DNA of 64,000 nucleotides from an uncultured Nitrospiraceae bacterium (lineage in GTDB: Bacteria > Nitrospirota > Nitrospiria > Nitrospirales > Nitrospiraceae). Positions 59,621 to 64,000 of the stretch are shown piece after piece. Numbering within the stretch: position 1 is the stretch's first letter; every line of letters starts with the position of its first letter. Made by a program: the position numbers and the translations under genes. The stretch lies in NCBI GenBank assembly GCA_963706325.1, contig CAVPLT010000001.1:1056001-1120000 (forward strand). Reading direction: 5' to 3'. The notes under the pieces are model-generated. The model had not been told where the DNA came from and made no database searches. It saw nothing but the letters and a program-made list of their open reading frames with translations.

Positions 59621-61315
59621 ATGCCTGAACTCAAAACCAGACTGCATTGGTTAATGGGTCTCCGCGTCGTGGTGGTGACGCTCATGCTGGGCTTGTCGTT
59701 GGCCTTCCACTCGAGGCGCGGCGAGTTTGCCGTCACATTCTCCGCCCTGATCATCTTCACCTACCTCATCACGATTGTGTACGCCCTGCTGACGCGCTAT
59801 TTGACGGCGCCCCGTTCGCTGACGGTGTTTACGTGGGTGCAGGTGGGGATGGATTTTATTCTGGAAACCATCCTCGTCGCGCGGACCGGCGGCATCGAAA
59901 GCCCCTTCGTGGTGCTCTATGTGATTACGGTCACAGTCGCCAGTCTCGTCCCGCGCCGCCGGGTGGGATTGGTGACGGGAGCCGGGTGCACGATATTGTT
60001 TGGGCTCGTCACGATCGTCCAGCATGTCGGTTTTCTCCCGTCCTCCCCTTGGCTGGCCCCGAGCAAGCTTGCGGGACCTGAAACGTGGCAAACGTTCGGC
60101 GTGTATGGCCTGGCCTTCTTAGTCGTGGGACTGTTGAGCGGCGTGCTCGCTGATCAGCTTCGTCGTGCCGATCAATCGTTACAGGAGAAGGAGCAGGGAC
60201 TCTCCCGGCTCCAAGTATTCCATGAAAATATTGTCCGGAGCATCAGCAGCGGAGTCTTCACTACAGACGAAGCGGGCCGAATTACTTCTTTTAATCCGGC
60301 CGCGCATGAGGTGACAGGATATACGTTCGCAGAGGTTCAAGGCCGGTCTTGGCGCGAGGTGTTTAATTGGCATGCCAGCGAAACGACGGACGAGGCCGAA
60401 GTGACGTCGGTGGCTTCCGTTCGGTTTGAGGTGGAATGTCAGCGCGCCGATGGGAGCCGACTCGTGCTGGGAATGACCGTGTCTCCGTTGCATGAACAGG
60501 GTATGCAGCGAGGATTGGTCGGTGTATTCAAGGATCTCACGCAAATTCGATATTTGGAGGAGGAGATGCGTCGGCGAGAGTGGCTCGCCAACTTGGGCGA
60601 AATGTCGGCGGGAATGGCGCACGAAATCCGCAATCCGCTCGGCGCCTTGGCCGGCGCCATGCAGATGCTCCGGCAAGATGTCGGGCCAGACGAAACGAGC
60701 CAGCGATTAATGGACATTGCGATTCGCGAGGCCAAACGGCTCGACAATATTATTTCCGAGTTTTTGCAGTATGCCCGTCCACCCGCATTGAATTTAGTGG
60801 AACATGATTTGAACAAAGTCCTTGCCGATACGCTGGATCTGATTCAACATGAAGCGCGGTCTCGAAAAAGTATTTCGATCGTCACCAAGCTGTCTGCTGA
60901 ACCCCTGCCTGCGCAGGTCGATCACGATCAGCTGAAACAGGTGTTCTGGAATCTTGCCACGAACGCCTTCGAGGCAATGTCGGGTGGAGGCACCCTCACC
61001 ATCACCACGGGGCTGAGGCGAGTCGAGGTCGGCGGCTGCCGCACTGATGTTATCGAAATGGGATTTCAGGATAGTGGAGAAGGTATTCCCAAACAAAATT
61101 TCGATAAAATTTTCCTGCCGTTTTTTACCACAAAAAAAGAAGGGTCCGGGCTGGGGCTGGCCCAGGTGCACCGCATTGTGGAGTTGCACGGCGGATGGGT
61201 CAAAGTTGAGAGTGAGGTCGGGGCCGGGGCACGGTTTGTCGTGTGTCTCCCGCAGTCCGTCGAGACCGGCGTGCCGCTGTGGCATGAAGGAAGGGAACCG
61301 TGGAAAAAATTCTAG
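59621..61315 (+). CDS. pilS: PilS-like sensor histidine kinase (TM, PAS, HisKA, HATPase)
   Basis: TGG.ESPF, AHEIRNPL, FFTTK..GSGLGL; synteny with pilC and pilR. Confidence 0.8.
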   Translation: MPELKTRLHWLMGLRVVVVTLMLGLSLAFHSRRGEFAVTFSALIIFTYLITIVYALLTRYLTAPRSLTVFTWVQVGMDFILETILVARTGGIESPFVVLYVITVTVASLVPRRRVGLVTGAGCTILFGLVTIVQHVGFLPSSPWLAPSKLAGPETWQTFGVYGLAFLVVGLLSGVLADQLRRADQSLQEKEQGLSRLQVFHENIVRSISSGVFTTDEAGRITSFNPAAHEVTGYTFAEVQGRSWREVFNWHASETTDEAEVTSVASVRFEVECQRADGSRLVLGMTVSPLHEQGMQRGLVGVFKDLTQIRYLEEEMRRREWLANLGEMSAGMAHEIRNPLGALAGAMQMLRQDVGPDETSQRLMDIAIREAKRLDNIISEFLQYARPPALNLVEHDLNKVLADTLDLIQHEARSRKSISIVTKLSAEPLPAQVDHDQLKQVFWNLATNAFEAMSGGGTLTITTGLRRVEVGGCRTDVIEMGFQDSGEGIPKQNFDKIFLPFFTTKKEGSGLGLAQVHRIVELHGGWVKVESEVGAGARFVVCLPQSVETGVPLWHEGREPWKKF

Positions 61316-62679
61316 TCGTCGATGACGAGCAAGGGTTACGCGAAGTCCTGAACATTATGTTGAAGCGGTCGGGCTATGCGGTGACACTGGCCTCCGATGG
61401 TGAGGAGGCGATCTCGCACCTTCAAAGAGAAATTTTTGATCTCGTTATCACAGACCTCAAGATGCCTAAAGTGGGTGGCCTGGAGGTATTGAAAGCGGTG
61501 AAAGCCTCATCGCCGGAAACCGTCGTCTTGATGATCACGGCGTTCTCGTCGGCCGAGTCAGCGGTCGAGGCGATGAAACACGGTGCGTACGACTATCTCA
61601 CCAAACCTTTCCAGGTCGACGAAGTGCAGTTGATCATTCGCAATGCGATGGAACGGCGGCGGCTGTCGACGGAGAACATGCTTCTCAAGCGAGAGCTGGC
61701 CAGTCAGTCGTCCTTCTCTCAAATTGTCGGTCAGAGCGAGGCAATGCAGAAGGTGTATGACGTGATCAAGAAGGTGGCCGATTCGAAAAGCAATGTGCTG
61801 ATCGGCGGCGAAAGCGGCACGGGCAAGGAACTGGTGGCGCGGGCGATCCATTACAACAGCGCACGCGCGCCGATGCCGTTCGTGACGGTCAACTGCAGCG
61901 CGGTGCCGGAAACATTGCTGGAAAGCGAGTTGTTCGGCCATATGAAGGGCTCGTTTACGGGTGCGATTGCGAATAAGGCCGGTTTGTTTGAAGTAGCCAA
62001 TGGCGGTACTATTTTCCTGGATGAGATCGGCGATACGACGCCGGCCATACAAGTGAAACTGCTGCGAGTGATTCAAGAACGGGAATTCCGGCGGGTGGGT
62101 GGCACCCACGATGTAAAAGTTGATGTCCGCATCGTGGCCGCCACCAATCGGGATCTCGAAAAGGCGGTGGCCGAAGGCGCCTTCAGGGAAGACCTTTATT
62201 ATCGATTGGATGTGATCCCGATCAAGCTGCCCCCTTTGCGTATGCGCACTGGAGACATTCCGTTGCTGAGTCAACATTTCTTGGAGAAATTTTCGAAGGA
62301 AAGTGGTAAACCAGTTCCGACGATGAGCCAGGAGGCCATGCGCGTGCTGTTGGCGCATGAGTGGCGAGGCAACGTTCGGGAGTTGGAGAACGTGGTCGAA
62401 CGCGTCGTGGCTTTCACCACGGGATCGTCGGTGACGGATGCGGATATTCGCGGATGGCTGCACAAGCCGGTGAGCAATCAGCAGGCCCTCCCGTCGGAGT
62501 TGCCCGAGGACGGCCTGGACTTGGAAGGGCTCATCAACACGATTGAGAAAGGCTTGCTTTTAAAAGCGCTCGAACGGAGTCAGTGGGTCAAGAAGCGAGC
62601 CGCGCGATTGTTGCGGTTGAATACCCGGTCGTTCCGGTACCGTCTCGAAAAATACGAAATCAAAGGAGGACGGGATTAG
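61300..62679 (+). CDS. pilR: Sigma54-dependent response regulator (PilR/NtrC family)
   Basis: Receiver domain, GESGTGKE, GSFTGA and a Fis-type HTH ending RSFRYRLEK. Confidence 0.8.
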   Translation: MEKILVVDDEQGLREVLNIMLKRSGYAVTLASDGEEAISHLQREIFDLVITDLKMPKVGGLEVLKAVKASSPETVVLMITAFSSAESAVEAMKHGAYDYLTKPFQVDEVQLIIRNAMERRRLSTENMLLKRELASQSSFSQIVGQSEAMQKVYDVIKKVADSKSNVLIGGESGTGKELVARAIHYNSARAPMPFVTVNCSAVPETLLESELFGHMKGSFTGAIANKAGLFEVANGGTIFLDEIGDTTPAIQVKLLRVIQEREFRRVGGTHDVKVDVRIVAATNRDLEKAVAEGAFREDLYYRLDVIPIKLPPLRMRTGDIPLLSQHFLEKFSKESGKPVPTMSQEAMRVLLAHEWRGNVRELENVVERVVAFTTGSSVTDADIRGWLHKPVSNQQALPSELPEDGLDLEGLINTIEKGLLLKALERSQWVKKRAARLLRLNTRSFRYRLEKYEIKGGRD

Positions 62680-62699
62680 CGCCGCCCAGTAATCTGCGA

Positions 62700-63599
62700 G
62701 TGAACTCTACCAGCCTGCGTGTTCGGACTCCTGCGAAAGTAAATCTCATTCTCCGTGTCCTCGATCGTCGTCCTGACGGCTTTCATGCCATCTGGTCGTT
62801 GATGCACGCGGTCGGACTTGAAGACGAACTCACACTCACCATCCGGGAGGGCGTCCCTGGTCGGATCGCCTTGCGCTGCGACCACGCCGAACTGTCGGCA
62901 GATCCGACGAATCTAGTGTATCAGGCTGCGCGCTTGGTATTGGACCAGGCCGATCGAGCCGTGGATCTGTCGATCAACCTGAGCAAGCGAATCCCGCTTG
63001 GGGCCGGATTAGGTGGCGGAAGCAGCGATGCAGCCGCCACTATTCTTGGCCTGACGCGCTTGTTAGGATTGGACTGGCCGATTGAGCGAATGTGCGAACT
63101 CGGCCAGCAGTTGGGCAGCGATGTGCCGTTTTTCTTTCTGGCACCCGCCGCTGTGGTCACTGGCAGAGGTGAGCAGGTACGACCGGTACGAGTGAGTGGG
63201 ACCCGGTGGATCGTGCTTGTGAACCCCGGGTTTCCAGTTGAAACCAAATGGGCGTATCAACGGCTTTCCTCGGATAGGCTCGGCGTACGCCCACTCTCCC
63301 CGGCACTCCAGCAGTTAGGCAGCCGATCCGTGCTGGATTGGTCGGAAATTATGCCACTAGTGGAGAACGATTTTGAAGCGCCGGTGTTTACGGAACATCC
63401 GCTGTTGGAAGAGATCAAACAGCGACTCCTGAGCCAGGGAGCTGAAGTGGCTCTGCTCTCCGGAAGCGGCGCTACAATGTTCGGCGTTTTTTCCGACCAA
63501 GCCGGCGCGGAACGGGCCGCGGCTGTGATTGGCCGCGATTCAAAGACGAAAGCCTATGCGGTGCCGACGGCCGGCGCGCCGGTGACCAGTATCGCCTGA
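62700..63599 (+). CDS. ispE: 4-diphosphocytidyl-2-C-methyl-D-erythritol kinase
   Basis: PAKVNL.L, KRIP.GAGLGGGSSDAA, LGSDVPFF and LSGSG. Confidence 0.95.
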   Translation: MNSTSLRVRTPAKVNLILRVLDRRPDGFHAIWSLMHAVGLEDELTLTIREGVPGRIALRCDHAELSADPTNLVYQAARLVLDQADRAVDLSINLSKRIPLGAGLGGGSSDAAATILGLTRLLGLDWPIERMCELGQQLGSDVPFFFLAPAAVVTGRGEQVRPVRVSGTRWIVLVNPGFPVETKWAYQRLSSDRLGVRPLSPALQQLGSRSVLDWSEIMPLVENDFEAPVFTEHPLLEEIKQRLLSQGAEVALLSGSGATMFGVFSDQAGAERAAAVIGRDSKTKAYAVPTAGAPVTSIA

Positions 63600-63652
63600 G
63601 CGCTCTGGGACGTCATTCCGCGTGGCGGGTCAACACAGCAGCCTCGATTCGG

Positions 63653-63732
63653 TTGACAACTTCCCAGGCTTTTCGCTATTGTGCTGAGCTTCGGTAGGCG
63701 TCCTCTTGTCCTGAAAGTGCACGAGGCTCAGC
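63653..63732 (+). promoter_or_regulatory. prs promoter and leader hairpin
   Basis: TTGACA-N18-TATTGT, then an 11-bp stem GCTGAGCTTCG/CGAGGCTCAGC. Confidence 0.5.
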
Positions 63733-63819
63733 GGGATTATTATCTGCCCGTGCCCACCGTTCTACACGATTCGACAAGACCGTAACAGCATCCGCCACGT
63801 ACCGTCTCGAAGGGGTGGA

Positions 63820-64000
63820 ATGAACAGGGAACTGAAGCTCTTTTCGGGCAGCGCCAATCCTGCGCTTGCGGGCGCTATCTGCACGTATCTGGATCTGCCG
63901 ATCGGAGCCGCAACGGTATCCGCGTTCAGCGACGGCGAAATTCGGATCCGGGTCGAAGAAAACGTGCGCGGAGCCGATGTGTTTGTGGTCCAGTCCTGCT
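63820..64000 (+). CDS. prs: Ribose-phosphate pyrophosphokinase (3' truncated)
   Basis: MNRELKLFSGSANPALA..FSDGEIRIRVEENVRGADVFVVQS. Confidence 0.95.
   Translation, partial: MNRELKLFSGSANPALAGAICTYLDLPIGAATVSAFSDGEIRIRVEENVRGADVFVVQSC

Overview
A gene-dense bacterial chromosomal segment, most likely from Nitrospira/Nitrospirota. That assignment is an inference from gene order, protein style and a family of ~120-bp palindromic intergenic repeats. The left ~34 kb is largely accessory. It holds a DUF2914 protein, an FKBP-type PPIase pseudogene, a DUF2167 + M50 protease pair, a flavin oxidoreductase, a SpeD-like decarboxylase + SCP2, a TetR/RND efflux operon, and a six-gene operon that looks like aminoethylphosphonate-lipid biosynthesis (split TPP decarboxylase, AEP transaminase, cytidylyltransferase, CDP-alcohol phosphotransferase, flippase-like protein; no pepM in the window). 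Next to it is a surface-glycan cluster (2 GT2, 2 GT4, Wzx, FkbM, GT-C) containing an unexpected LarA-family racemase/epimerase. These are followed by an alpha/beta hydrolase, PilZ, a doubly frameshifted cstA with a Cys-Cys tail, yajQ and a BNR lipoprotein. The right ~30 kb is core: the dcw cluster (rsmH to ftsZ, pgeF, yggS, proC, yggT, divIVA), a serine hydrolase, a pgsA-like gene, pilC-pilS-pilR, ispE and the start of prs. The dcw promoter carries paired DnaA boxes and MraZ-type boxes although mraZ is missing from its usual position. No rRNA, tRNA, CRISPR array or transposase was seen. Start codons were adjusted by eye from the ORF track, and all family calls are motif recognition without database searches.
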